Assembly (NCBI RefSeq): GCF_001194135.2
Contig: NC_068996.1
Location: 36,729,141 to 36,774,188 of the forward strand
Direction of reading: 5' to 3'
Length of the DNA stretch: 45,048 nt
Source: Octopus bimaculoides
Lineage: Eukaryota
The stretch's first letter is position 1, and each line of letters starts with the position of its first letter. The notes beneath the pieces are model-generated. The model was not told where the DNA came from, made no database searches, and saw only the letters and a program-made list of their open reading frames with translations. The translations under genes were made by a program, and so were the position numbers. Shown here one piece after another: positions 11,601-23,125 of this stretch.

Positions 11601-12716
11601 AAAGATAAGTAAGCAAGCTGCTTACGGATTGCAGCTAATCTTCAGTACCAAAAAAAAAACCCTAGTAGTTATTGTTAACAACAATCAGACAGAGAGATAA
11701 TTTCAAGAAATTTAGGATTTATTTCACAGAAAATTTATAATTTTCACTCCTAATTTTTATTTGTAGAAAAGATGACAATTACATGTTTCGGTCTTATTAG
11801 ATCTCATTAGTAAAGCCTTTTGTTCTTGAGCTTGCTTTGTTCAAGGGACGGAGAATGTTAGGTGTAGATAGAAGAATTACTAATAACTGTAGCCAATAAA
11901 ATTTACATAATAGGAAAAATAAATAAAAACAAAATGAACAGGAATAAGTGGAGGATGGCTTGAACTCAGAAAGTTCATTTAAGTGTAAAAAATATCTTCA
12001 GCACCCCAGCATGGCCACAGCCTTTAGGCTGAATTGATTAAAAAAATAAAAGAAAAAGTCACTAATGAATGATGTGAAGTTTTTGTTTTATTTCACCAAC
12101 TAACTGGAAAAGTCAAATTCATTGAGAATTTTCATGCTGTATGTCTCTACCTGCCTGAATTATTTAAATTCATGCTATTAGCCTACTTGATAATTCCCTT
12201 AGTTCACATTACGCACACAAACACATTTACACATAAAATTGATGTCTCCCTCTTGGATACTGTTTATGCAGCTGTCAATCACTAGAGAAAATGAATGTTT
12301 CCACAGCTAGTTAACCAATAAATATATCTGTGTGTGTATGTGTGTGTTTATATTTGCACTGTATGAAAGTCATTTGGTGTGAATGGTTTGTTATCATTTT
12401 TCCTCCAAACAAATTGCATGCTTCCCACCTTCAAAGTTGTGCAAAATAAGAGATACCTTACTTAAGAAAAGCAGGTGAGGATTAACAACAGGAAAGGCAT
12501 CCTGCTGCAACACAATGCCTCAATAATATATTCATGTAACCCATGCTAGCATGTGAAAAAAAGCATACATAAAAGGAAACAAACAAACAAATGAAATGTG
12601 TTGTTGATGCTCAAAAGTGTTCAGTTTGGTATATATCTTTGTATCTTTATTTTGGGTTCAAATCCTGCCAGTTTCAATCTCAGCTTCACTGAACTAACAA
12701 TAACTTTCCACACCAA

Positions 12717-12747
<31 letters not shown>

Positions 12748-12951
12748 AAAAATAACAAAAAAACTGGCCACATGCCTAGCCAAGAAAAAAATTTTAAAAA
12801 CCCTTGTTGCTATTATTGATAAGTAAACACTCCAAAATAGTATTGCTGAAGTGCTCTGTGACAGAATATTATTACTAACTTGTACAGTAACAATAGAAGC
12901 ATAACATAAAAAAAAAACTAACACATATAACAATGAAATATATCATCGTCA

Positions 12952-12982
<31 letters not shown>

Positions 12983-15429
12983 GAACATTAAATCAAGACT
13001 AGAGTATAAGCCAAGGTCAGGTACAGTAGGGTAAAAAAAAAAGACAAGAATGGCATATTTCCAATCCTACAGAAGAAAAACAATGATGTCATCTCCCGGC
13101 AAATATTAGATTTCATATCAGGTTCTGGTCAGCAACAAAATAATATCGGCTATAAAGCTCCCAGTGTAACAAGTCCAGGATTCCTGACTATAACCATCTC
13201 ACTCATTCCATTAATGCTAGTAAGGAAGGAGAAGAACATAAAGAATCCCATTCCAGCTCTCTCATTCTCTCTCTGAAATCAACATTTTTTTAAATCACCC
13301 ATTGATGGATGGATAAGATATTTGTATTTGCAGAAAATCAAATAATTGGCTTTCTTTACTGCACTTAATCAATCATAGCTGTGCAGGCCAGGATAAATTT
13401 AATTTTCTTTTTTTTTTTAAGGAACATTGGCAGTTGCCCATGTGTGTATGTCTTCTCTCTTTGTCTGTCTCTCATGTTTCTTAAAAGAAAAGATTGCTAA
13501 CTTGGGCTGATACACATTGGCACTAGTGTCATTGCAAGAGTTGCTGTTAGGATACAAACTACTGGGAAAGATACAATACAGTGGCATCCTTCCAGATCCT
13601 GCCCAACAGTTCTACCAATCCCTTATCCTGGATTGATAGCTGTCAACTCTAAAAGTATGAAAGGTGAAGTTAACCTCAGTGAGATTTGAACTCAGAGCAT
13701 AGACAATCGGGACAAAAACTATAAGACATTTTATCCAATGCTCTAATGCCAATTCACAGCATAAGCTGTGGTATAGGTCAAATAAACATTTACACTTCTC
13801 AAGGTTGGCAGGGTAAAGTGTATTGAGAACAGGACTGGACTAGCCGGGACTTCACAGTTGTCACTACTATTGAGCTGGTTAATTTTTCTTTTGTCACTTG
13901 CTTCAATCATTGGACTGTGGCCATACTGGGGCACCACCTTGAAGCTATGAAAGTATTTGTTCAGAAAAAATTTAAATATATTTATAATAGCCGTTACCTC
14001 AATATAGCAAAACTAAAACTAGCTACGGAAGACAAAAAATTATGGGAATTAGAAAGTATGAGTTTCATTAATAATCAATAACAGAAAATCCAAGATCAAA
14101 ATAATATGAGAAAAGTTTAATATACATATATATANNNNNNNNNNNNNNNNNNNNNNNNNNNNNNNNNNNNNNNNNNNNNNNNNNNNNNNNNNNNNNNNNN
14201 NNNNNNNNNNNNNNNNNNNNNNNNNNNNNNNNNNNNNNNNNNNNNNNNNNNNNNNNNNNNNNNNNNNNNNNNNNNNNNNNNNNNNNNNNNNNNNNNNNNN
14301 NNNNNNNNNNNNNNNNNNNNNNNNNNNNNNNNNNNNNNNNNNNNNNNNNNNNNNNNNNNNNNNNNNNNNNNNNNNNNNNNNNNNNNNNNNNNNNNNNNNN
14401 NNNNNNNNNNNNNNNNNNNNNNNNNNNNNNNNNNNNNNNNNNNNNNNNNNNNNNNNNNNNNNNNNNNNNNNNNNNNNNNNNNNNNNNNNNNNNNNNNNNN
14501 NNNNNNNNNNNNNNNNNNNNNNNNNNNNNNNNNNNNNNNNNNNNNNNNNNNNNNNNNNNNNNNNNNNNNNNNNNNNNNNNNNNNNNNNNNNNNNNNNNNN
14601 NNNNNNNNNNNNNNNNNATATATACACATGTACACACACACACACACACACACATACATGTATATAAAACTAACTTCGGGAAAAAAATATAGAAATCAAA
14701 ATGTATGAGATTCTTTCATGACCAATAACAAAATATTCCACTGAGATTGCAATACAAGAAAATTTTCATATACATATATGTATACTCATTACATATATAC
14801 ACATATACGTATGCATGCATATATCTGCAGAAAAAAAAAATAGAAATCATAAATTACGAGATTCTTTCATGACCAATAACAGAATATTCCACTGAGAAGA
14901 TAATATACGATATAAGAGCAATTTAAGCCTTAAATTGGGCAACTAGTAACCGGTATTTAGAACTTTGTGTGTATTTCTGTTTGTGTATTGTAATTGTATC
15001 TGTTGTTAACAAATCCAGGTTTGAATGTTACATTGAGTATTTGTTAAAAAAACAAAAAACAAAATGAGGGATTGTTTTATAAGATATTTAGTTACAACAT
15101 CTTACTATGTTTTATTAACATAAGGTGATTATTAGTAACATAAAACAAATTATTTAATCAAGACTTATTATGAAATCATCAGATATATGTAACTTGCACA
15201 TGTAACATTGTGTCATTAACCATTTCCTTGATAGTGAATTTTTTTCATTTTTCCAATCTAATAATGTTATGTATACAAGTTATATATCTCTGATGATTTG
15301 ACAATAAGTCCTGATTGTGTAATTTGCATTATGTAACTGGTAATCATCTTCTGTTAATGAAATGTATGTAAGATGATATAACTGAATATCTTGCAATCTT
15401 GTGCCTTGTTTTGTTTTCTATATCTTCAA

Positions 15430-15740
15430 TCTTTTACTTGTTTTAGTCATTGGACAGCAACCATGGTGGGGTACTGCCTTGGAGGTTTTATTCAAACAAA
15501 TTGACTCCAGTACTTATTTTTAAATCTGGTACTTTTCACCCAGTCTCTTTCGTTGAACTGCTAACTTATGGGATGCAAACAAACCAACACCAGTCGTCGA
15601 TTGTCAAACAAGAGGGAAAAATACTCGGTAGAAATTCTTTGATGAGCAACAACATGAAACACAAGAGTGGTACAACAAACACACGCACACATACATACAA
15701 ACACACACGCATGCACGCACATGTACAGCAGGCTCCAATA
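15430..15740 (-). mobile_element. Decayed SINE family C
   Basis: TTTTACTTGTTTTAGTCATTGGAC..CCATGG is the reverse complement of the family C tail; internal CA-rich tract. Confidence 0.6.
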
Positions 15741-16457
15741 CAATTTGTCTAATGCTTCACTCATAACCAATTTCTTAAAAACAAATTTTCACAACAAAAT
15801 CTTACATGGATCCCCAAGGACCACATGCACCTCGATTGAGAACCACTGTTTTACAATGCTCACTCGACTTGTTAGAAATAGCAGCCGAATCTCCCTCTAG
15901 CCATATCCTACTGTCTTTTTTTTTTTTTTTAAAAAGGACACATTGGATAATGTAGTGTACAATAGTGGGGATTGAAACAGTGATGGACAAATTACTCTAT
16001 TTAATAAATTTAGAATGGTTTCAAACTTTGCCTAAAACCACAAGGAAGGAAGGAAGAAGAAAGAAAGAAAGAAACAAACAAACAAACAAACAGGAACCAT
16101 ATGGAAATAAACTCTATCGTACCTTCTCCTTAATAAGGGGAAGAATGAGGTGGGTGAAAATATTTTAGTAATATTTGGTGTGAGGGAAGGGAATGGTACT
16201 TGAACTACTGGTCTAGGAACTGAAATCCCCCCCACCACCATTACCACCAATCACCACCATAAAAAGGGATAAGGTGAGTATGGCTTCAATGTCTTTTGGT
16301 TATGGTCCTGTTTGATCAAGATTACCTTGGGACTAAACAACAACAATATCTATGAATGAACAAATTACCTTATAATGTTTAGGACTTGCTTGCTCTACAC
16401 TGATTAACAAATGATTAAACACATAGTAGTAGTAAATATAATATATTTCTTTATGAA

Positions 16458-16488
<31 letters not shown>

Positions 16489-16562
16489 AACTAATTTTTT
16501 GAAAAAATCAATTACATGTGCATCTACATTATTATGTGTGTGTGTGTGTGTGCAGGCATATA

Positions 16563-16945
16563 TATATTCTTTATTTGTTTCAGTCATCTGACCACGACCA
16601 TACTGAAGCACCACCTTTAGTTGAAGAAATTGACCCCAGGGCTTATTCTTTATAAGCCTAGCACTTATTCTATCGCTCACTTTTTGCCGAAACTCTAAGT
16701 TACAGGGACGTAAATGCACCAATGCTGGTTATCAAGCGATGGGAGGGGGACAAACTCATATATATATATATATACACACACACATACGACAGGCTTCTTT
16801 CAGTTTCTGTCTACCAAGTCCATTCACAAGGCTTTGGGCGGTTCGAGGATATAGTAGAAGACACTTTCCAAGATACCACACAGTGGGACTGAACCTGGAA
16901 CCATGTGGTCAGGAAGTAAGCTTCTTACCACACAGCCACACTTGC
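16563..16945 (-). mobile_element. tRNA-derived SINE, family C
   Basis: Full-length reverse-complement homology to 2671-3090. Confidence 0.85.
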
Positions 16946-16954
16946 TACCTATAT

Positions 16955-16989
<35 letters not shown>

Positions 16990-17153
16990 TAGTAGCCTGA
17001 TGCAGTCTTCTACCTGGCCAGCTCCTGTCAAACCGTCTAACCCATGCCACCATGGAAGATGGACTTTAAATGATGATGATGATATATATATGTATGTATG
17101 TATGCATGCATGTATGTACGTGTATATATTTATACATACATACATATATATAG

Positions 17154-17241
17154 CAGAAGCAACAGAGTGACTCAAGGGCTGACAGTTTGATAAATGCTAA
17201 TGCATGAAACTCTCGGCCCTAGAGTCACTCTGTTGCTTCTG
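17154..17241. repeat. 88-nt inverted repeat (35-bp arms, 32/35 complementary, 18-nt loop)
   Basis: Arms at 17154-17188 and 17207-17241, compared base by base. Confidence 0.9.
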
Positions 17242-17474
17242 TGAAATTAATAAAAATATATATACCTACTTGTGTTTCGGGTTCTATTTCTCCTGTTAGC
17301 ATCAACACACACACAAACATACATATATACATCCACCTACCAACACACACACATAGAGAGAGAGAGAGAAATTTCACATCAATGTTATATTTAAATAAAT
17401 GCCAAGTAGGTTGATAGTGTTAGAAATAATAGAATGATGGATTAGTTTTACTTTCATCCTTTACCTTCCACTGG

Positions 17475-18085
17475 TGAATCTGATGCAGTTAATGTTGAGA
17501 TAACAGTGCTGAAAGGGTCAATACCAGCAGGAAATGTATGGCCAAGGAGGAAACTGGTGTGAGGGCCAGGGGGAGACTGATGAGTCAAATATTTTAGTAC
17601 AGAACGTGTGAGTGTGTGATGAGGAGGGAGAGAGAGGTTAGAAGATTATGCAGCAGATAGATTCAGGCAGAGATGTCATGCAGCCAACTAGTTTTGAAGA
17701 GTAGTAGTCATAGTAGCAGTGGTGATAAAAGAGGCAGGGAGAAGACACAGCAGGTTCATGAACAAGTGTTTGTGGTGTACTGGTAGGCAATTTTTGAGTA
17801 ATCAACTGAACTGTGATCCTCTTTTAAATACGGCCAGCAATGTTTCTATGTGTAGCAGCAGCAGTACTTATATTAGGTTATGTTGGCAGTCCTTCAACAT
17901 GGTTCTTTATCTCAGAGTGTTAAACAAGTTAGAAACCAAAGTATTTTCTGAAACTTAGCTCTTAGGATGATGAAATTTAGGCAGTGTTTTAAATGTGAGT
18001 CCACCGTAAGATATAGCCAGAGAATTTAAACCTTGTATTTGTAACAATTTAGAATCTTTAGAGTGTGATGGATTTATAATCTACA
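17475..18085 (-). mobile_element. Decayed CR1/Jockey-group LINE, C-terminal part of ORF2
   Basis: Minus-strand reading gives AAATH..RI*KR..QLI....TSTPQTLVHEPAVSSPCLFYHHCYYDYYSS and HTFPAGIDPF. These resemble the invertebrate CR1-like ORF2 end (LDRIQKKAIRLI...SLAHRRAVSSLCLFYRYYHG...HVFPASIDLQ) as recalled. Confidence 0.65.
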
Positions 18086-18270
18086 CCATCATCATTTAAT
18101 GACAGCCTTCCATGCTGGTATGGGTTGGATGGTTTGACAGGAGTTGGCAAGCTGGGGAACTGCTTCAGACTTCTGTGTCTGTTTTGGCATGGATTTTATG
18201 GTTGGATGCTCTTCCTAACACCAACCCACCCACAGAGTGGGCTGAGTGCTTTTTATATGGCAACAGCATT
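18085..18270 (-). mobile_element. Family D element
   Basis: CATCATCATTTAAT..TTCCATGCTGGTATGGGTTGG..GGATGCTCTTCCTAACACCAACC is the reverse complement of the family D consensus. Confidence 0.75.
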
Positions 18271-18347
18271 CATGTGCAAATAATGATGTAGTGTGAGGTT
18301 GTGAAATGTGAAGGTGGGGAGTATATTTGTCCTTTACAGAACATTAA

Positions 18348-18670
18348 GTTGTACTATCTCTACCAAAGAATGCTCTCAATAGACATACCCTTCATCTTAG
18401 ATGGTACCAACAATATATCAACAAACTGAGACCAGTCATTAACAATAGGGAGGAACTACATGAAGGAGACTGGTTACTATAGCAACACCAGTCTGCACAC
18501 GTCACCTTCCTCCTTCCTCCCCATACATCCTAGCAACAACTTTTCTTTTCTTCACTCTTACCAAATGGCCTGAAGAAGAGACTGTAACCCTGAAATATAG
18601 AAATACGAGGTAGAACTGCAACTTTGTTTTGTTTACTTTTCCTTTTGTAGTTTACTTTGCACCTTTTTTG
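18348..18670 (+). mobile_element. Probable Penelope-like element 3' end (GIY-YIG C-terminus plus pLTR-like tail)
   Basis: The frame ending at TAG 18480-18482 reads ...TLHLRWYQQYINKLRPVINNREELHEGDWLL*, resembling the PLE endonuclease end (E..YIKKLKPxLN..EE). It is followed by a pyrimidine-rich stretch and CTGAAGA...GAAA (18570-18595). Confidence 0.5.
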
Positions 18671-19242
18671 CATTGTTCCAGCCTCACACAACAAATCTCC
18701 TATAAGAAAGTATTGGTACACCAATTAAGGAAGTGCTGATGTCTCAAACATCTAAGAATGTGCTGGAGGTACTGACTTTCTAAGAAAAATTACATAAATA
18801 CTAATAAGTAAGTGCAAGTTATTAAAAAAGAGGTGCCTTTGAAATAAGGATATTATGAATAAATATTGAGATATGATATAAATAAAAAGAACAATTAGCT
18901 ACAGAACTTCACAAGTTAGTTATGTGCAAATTCTTTAACATTTAATCTTTGAAAATAATCAAACCAAGAATTTATATCAAGTAAATTGGAATAACCAAAG
19001 AATTTACATTGATAAGGAAAAATATTTAATGTAATGTAAATAGGTTGGACACAGGGAGAGGGGAGCAGTAGAAATAATTACAGAGAGAGATTGTAGCCAT
19101 AACGGCATGTGTAGGGCTAGGGTGTGGTGCATTGGAGGTATGCGTAGGGAGGCTGTAGTAATGCAAAAATAGGTGTAAAGTAGGTATTTGGATGCAGAGT
19201 GAATGGTTGGAAAATGGTCAGTGGATGTAGGAATATGCATGT

Positions 19243-19580
19243 GAAGGCATATGGCTCAGTGTTTAGAACATTGGGGTCACAACCATGAGGTAGTGAGTTC
19301 AATTCCTGAACTGGGCTGTGTGTTATGTTCTTAAGCAAGACATTTTATTTCACATTGCTCCAGTTCACTCAGCTGTAGAAGTGAGTTGTGATGTCACTGG
19401 TGCCAAGATATATTTCCCTTGGATAACATCAATAGCATGGGGAGGGTAGGCTGGTATGCATGGGTGATTGCTTGTTTTCCATAAACAATCTTGCCTGTAC
19501 TTGTGCCTACAAAGAGAATTTTCTAGGTGCAATCCCATGGTCATTCATGACTAAAGGGAGGGGGGGTCTTTACCCGTTAC
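19243..19580 (+). mobile_element. tRNA-derived SINE, family A (CpG-depleted, older)
   Basis: Full-length homology to the 21760 copy, with CpG sites converted to TG/CA. Confidence 0.85.
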
Positions 19581-19748
19581 CCTTTTTACAACACAAACTT
19601 CAAATGATAATGTGAGTAAAAGAAAACCTGAAGACTTCTTCTGGAGACAGTTGAGAAATCCTGTTAATTTTAGTGATTTAGAAGAGTAAGAGATAATACA
19701 GAACAGAGGTGGAAAAACCTGTTAGTTCAAGAATCATATATGATCACT

Positions 19749-20069
19749 GGCATTCAGTTGGCTACAATGATGAGGGTCCCAGTTGATCCAATCAACGGAA
19801 CAGCCTGCTCATGAAATTAATGTGGAATAGGCTGAGTACTACACAGACATGCTTACTCTTAACATACTTCCCAGGGGGATTTAGCATGATCCAGAATGTA
19901 ACAAGGTTGGTACTTTGAAATACAAGTAGCACTCATTTTTGCCAGCTGAGTGGACTGGAGCAACATGAAATAAAGTGTCTTGTTCAAGAACACAATGCAC
20001 CACCGGGAATTGAACTCATGACCATACAATTGTGAACTGAATACCCTAACCACTAAGCCATGCACCTTC
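19749..20069 (-). mobile_element. tRNA-derived SINE, family B
   Basis: The reverse complement aligns end to end with 2130-2470. Confidence 0.8.
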
Positions 20070-21725
20070 ACATATATGATAAACTATAAAACAGGCATGG
20101 ACATGCTTCCCATGAAAAACAAAAAATAATAATTTTCTTTAGCATCTTTTAGCTATCACACACATTTAAAGATAAACCTACCTGGACAACCAGATAATAC
20201 ACAGGCAGGACAGACAGGTAAATAAAATAGATAAGCAGTTCTAATTCACTAAGGGACACCTGCTACTTAAATAACAACTAGGCAAGGACATGGAAATGTC
20301 TTTAGGTGAATTAAAGAAATTACAGGATTTAACATTAGTTTGCAGAAACAAAAACAAAACAGTTCCTACTTTATCAGTATTAGATATGTGTGAATGCGTT
20401 GAGTTAGTAAAAGTGTCTGGAGCCAATATACATCTTATCTAATATTGTTGAACTTTACAGACCAGAGAACAAGATATATAGAGAAGGTTAAGAATAAGCT
20501 AATGAGAAAATATGTTCTGCATAGGAATTAAAGAATGGCCATCAAACATTTGATGTCGATGACAATGGTGATAATGTTGTCAAGAGGTAATCAGTTAGAA
20601 AAAATATATATAGTTAAAAATCTTATATTAATCAATATTTTGTTTCTAAATAGAAGTATTAAAGTGAAATGTTAAACATTGATGTTTTGAAGCCGACCAG
20701 TAAAATTTTTCCCACAAATGATTTATAATTACATGTCAGCAATAATTTTAGTTTAATATTTTATACAAAATCACAAAAATATAAGGATCAGAATAACTGT
20801 ATTTAAATTGACACTAATAACTTAAGTGCCTTTATACATACATATACATATATGTATGTGTGTGTGTGTGTGTTTGTGGAGGGGGAGTTCTTTATTTAAT
20901 TCAGAACAAATCTGTTCAATTGATGATCCTTTCACTGAGAAAAATCCTAAAAAAGGAGTCTTTCTAATCAGATTTTATCATTATTTTCCCCATTTACTTT
21001 TAATCTCTAATTAATCAACTGACTGACTTTTCATACCATACTCTTTAGTAAACTGGTGCTCCTTCTTGCTAGTAACATTGCCAACCTCCCCTATTACACA
21101 CATCAATATCATAAATAATAGATGACAAAAAAAAAAAAAATAAGGAAGTTATTTTAATTAATTCTATCTACCAGACTGCTAAGATATCAGTTTATCTTCC
21201 GATATTATGCCTCCAACCAGGCCTCTCGCAATACCCTTAAAACCAAGATTTTTTCAGCACCCTCTTTAGTATGTTTATGTCACTGGGTAAGACAGTCAGT
21301 TGTGTTTGATGTCTGTCTTTTTTTCTCAAATGCTTCTGATCTATTTTTTTTTTTAAATATATGTTACATTTTGTTGCTATNNNNNNNNNNNNNNNNNNNN
21401 NNNNNNNNNNNNNNNNNNNNNNNNNNNNNNNNNNNNNNNNNNNNNNNNNNNNNNNNNNNNNNNNNNNNNNNNNNNNNNNNNNNNNNNNNNNNNNNNNNNN
21501 NNNNNNNNNNNNNNNNNNNNNNNNNNNNNNNNNNNNNNNNNNNNNNNNNNNNNNNNNNNNNNNNNNNNNNNNNNNNNNNNNNNNNNNNNNNNNNNNNNNN
21601 NNNNNNNNNNNNNNNNNNNNNNNNNNNNNNNNNNNNNNNNNNNNNNNNNNAGACAAGCAGTTAGATTTAAGTTATGCTACAATCCCCTGCCAATTAGAGA
21701 CTCTATTAAGATTATTGAAAAGCTG

Positions 21726-21756
<31 letters not shown>

Positions 21757-21759
21757 CGT

Positions 21760-22093
21760 GAAGGTGCATAACTCAGTGGTTAGAGCGTCGAGCTAACAAT
21801 TGTGAGGTTGTGGGTTTGAATCCCGGACCAGGCTGCATGCTGTGTTCTTGAGCAAGACACTTTATTTCACACTGCTCCAGTTCACTCAGACATAGAAATG
21901 AGTTGTGGTGTCACTGGTGCCAAGCTGTATCGGCCTTTACCTTTCCCTTGGATAACATCAGTGGCGTGGAGAGGGGAGGCCGGTATGCATGGGTGACTGC
22001 TGGTCTTCCATAAACAACCTTGCCCGGACTTGTGCCTGGGAGAGTAACTTTCTAGGTGCAATCCCATGGTCAGTCATGACTGAAGAGGGTCTC
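21760..22093 (+). mobile_element. tRNA-derived SINE, family A (CpG-retaining, younger)
   Basis: A-box-like ACTCAGTGG, B-box-like GGGTTTGAATCCC, full core and tail. Preceded by (TA)n. Confidence 0.85.
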
Positions 22094-22120
22094 AGTGTGT
22101 GTGTGTATGTATATATATAT

Positions 22121-22293
22121 ACTCTTTTACTTGTTTCAGTCATTTGACTGCAGCCATGTTGGAGCACCGTCTTTAGTCGAGCAAATCGACCTCGGGACTT
22201 ATTCTTTGTAAGCCTAGTACTTATTCTATCGGTCTCTTTTGCCAAACCGCTAAGTTACGGGGACATAAACACACCAGCATCGGTTGTCAAGCA
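22121..22293 (-). mobile_element. SINE family C, 3' part (CpG-retaining)
   Basis: Matches the family C tail in reverse orientation and abuts the family A copy ending near 22093. Confidence 0.8.
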
Positions 22294-22682
22294 ATGCCCA
22301 AATCATAGTCATTACTGCAATAAATATCTTAAACTGCATAGCATTTTTTATATTAATCAGACTTGGAAATTTTTGAGAAACAACAATATAATTGGTAAAT
22401 ACTCCAAGCTTTTTATCACAGNNNNNNNNNNNNNNNNNNNNNNNNNNNNNNNNNNNNNNNNNNNNNNNNNNNNNNNNNNNNNNNNNNNNNNNNNNNNNNN
22501 NNNNNNNNNNNNNNNNNNNNNAATAAAGCAGAAAGAAACTGTGGAAGCTGGTGAAATTAACTATATTTGTATTTCAAAGGGTCATAAACTTTGTCGTACA
22601 CTGTTTTACACTAATTCTTTTTAAGAATCACATTAAAGATATATAGAGAACATAAGCCACTTACATTATAAATCAATGAACA

Positions 22683-23125
22683 GGTTGTTTTGTGGCATCT
22701 TGGGCAAGTGTCTAACACTATAGCCCAGGGCTGAGCAAAGCCTTGTGAGTGCATTTGGTAGATGGAAACTGAAAGAAGCCCGTTATGCATGCATGCATGT
22801 GNNNNNNNNNNTGTTTTGTGGCATCTTGGGCAAGTGTCTAACACTATAGCCCAGGGCTGAGCAAAGCCTTGTGAGTGCATTTGGTAGATGGAAACTGAAA
22901 GAAGCCCGTTATGCATGCATGCATGTGTGTGTTTATCTCCCCTGACCACTTGACAATCAGTATTAGTGTGTTTACATCTCCATAACTTAGCAGTTTGGCA
23001 AAAGAGACTGATAGAATGGGCTTTAAAAAATAAGTACTGGGGTCAATTTATTTGACTACAACCCTACAAAGTGGTGCCCCAGCATGGGTGCAGTCTAATG
23101 AGTGAAACAAGTAAAAGACAAAGAA
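22683..23125 (+). mobile_element. SINE family C (core through tail; includes an artefactual 116-nt duplication)
   Basis: Core and tail homology. 22686-22801 is repeated exactly at 22812-22927 across a 10-N gap. Confidence 0.8.

Noticed and set aside
17262-17310. Minus-strand TTGATGC....CCCGAAACAC resembling a hammerhead
   Set aside because: The CUGANGA box and stem II are absent.
22686-22927. Exact 116-nt duplication within a SINE
   Set aside because: Assembly artefact across a 10-N gap.
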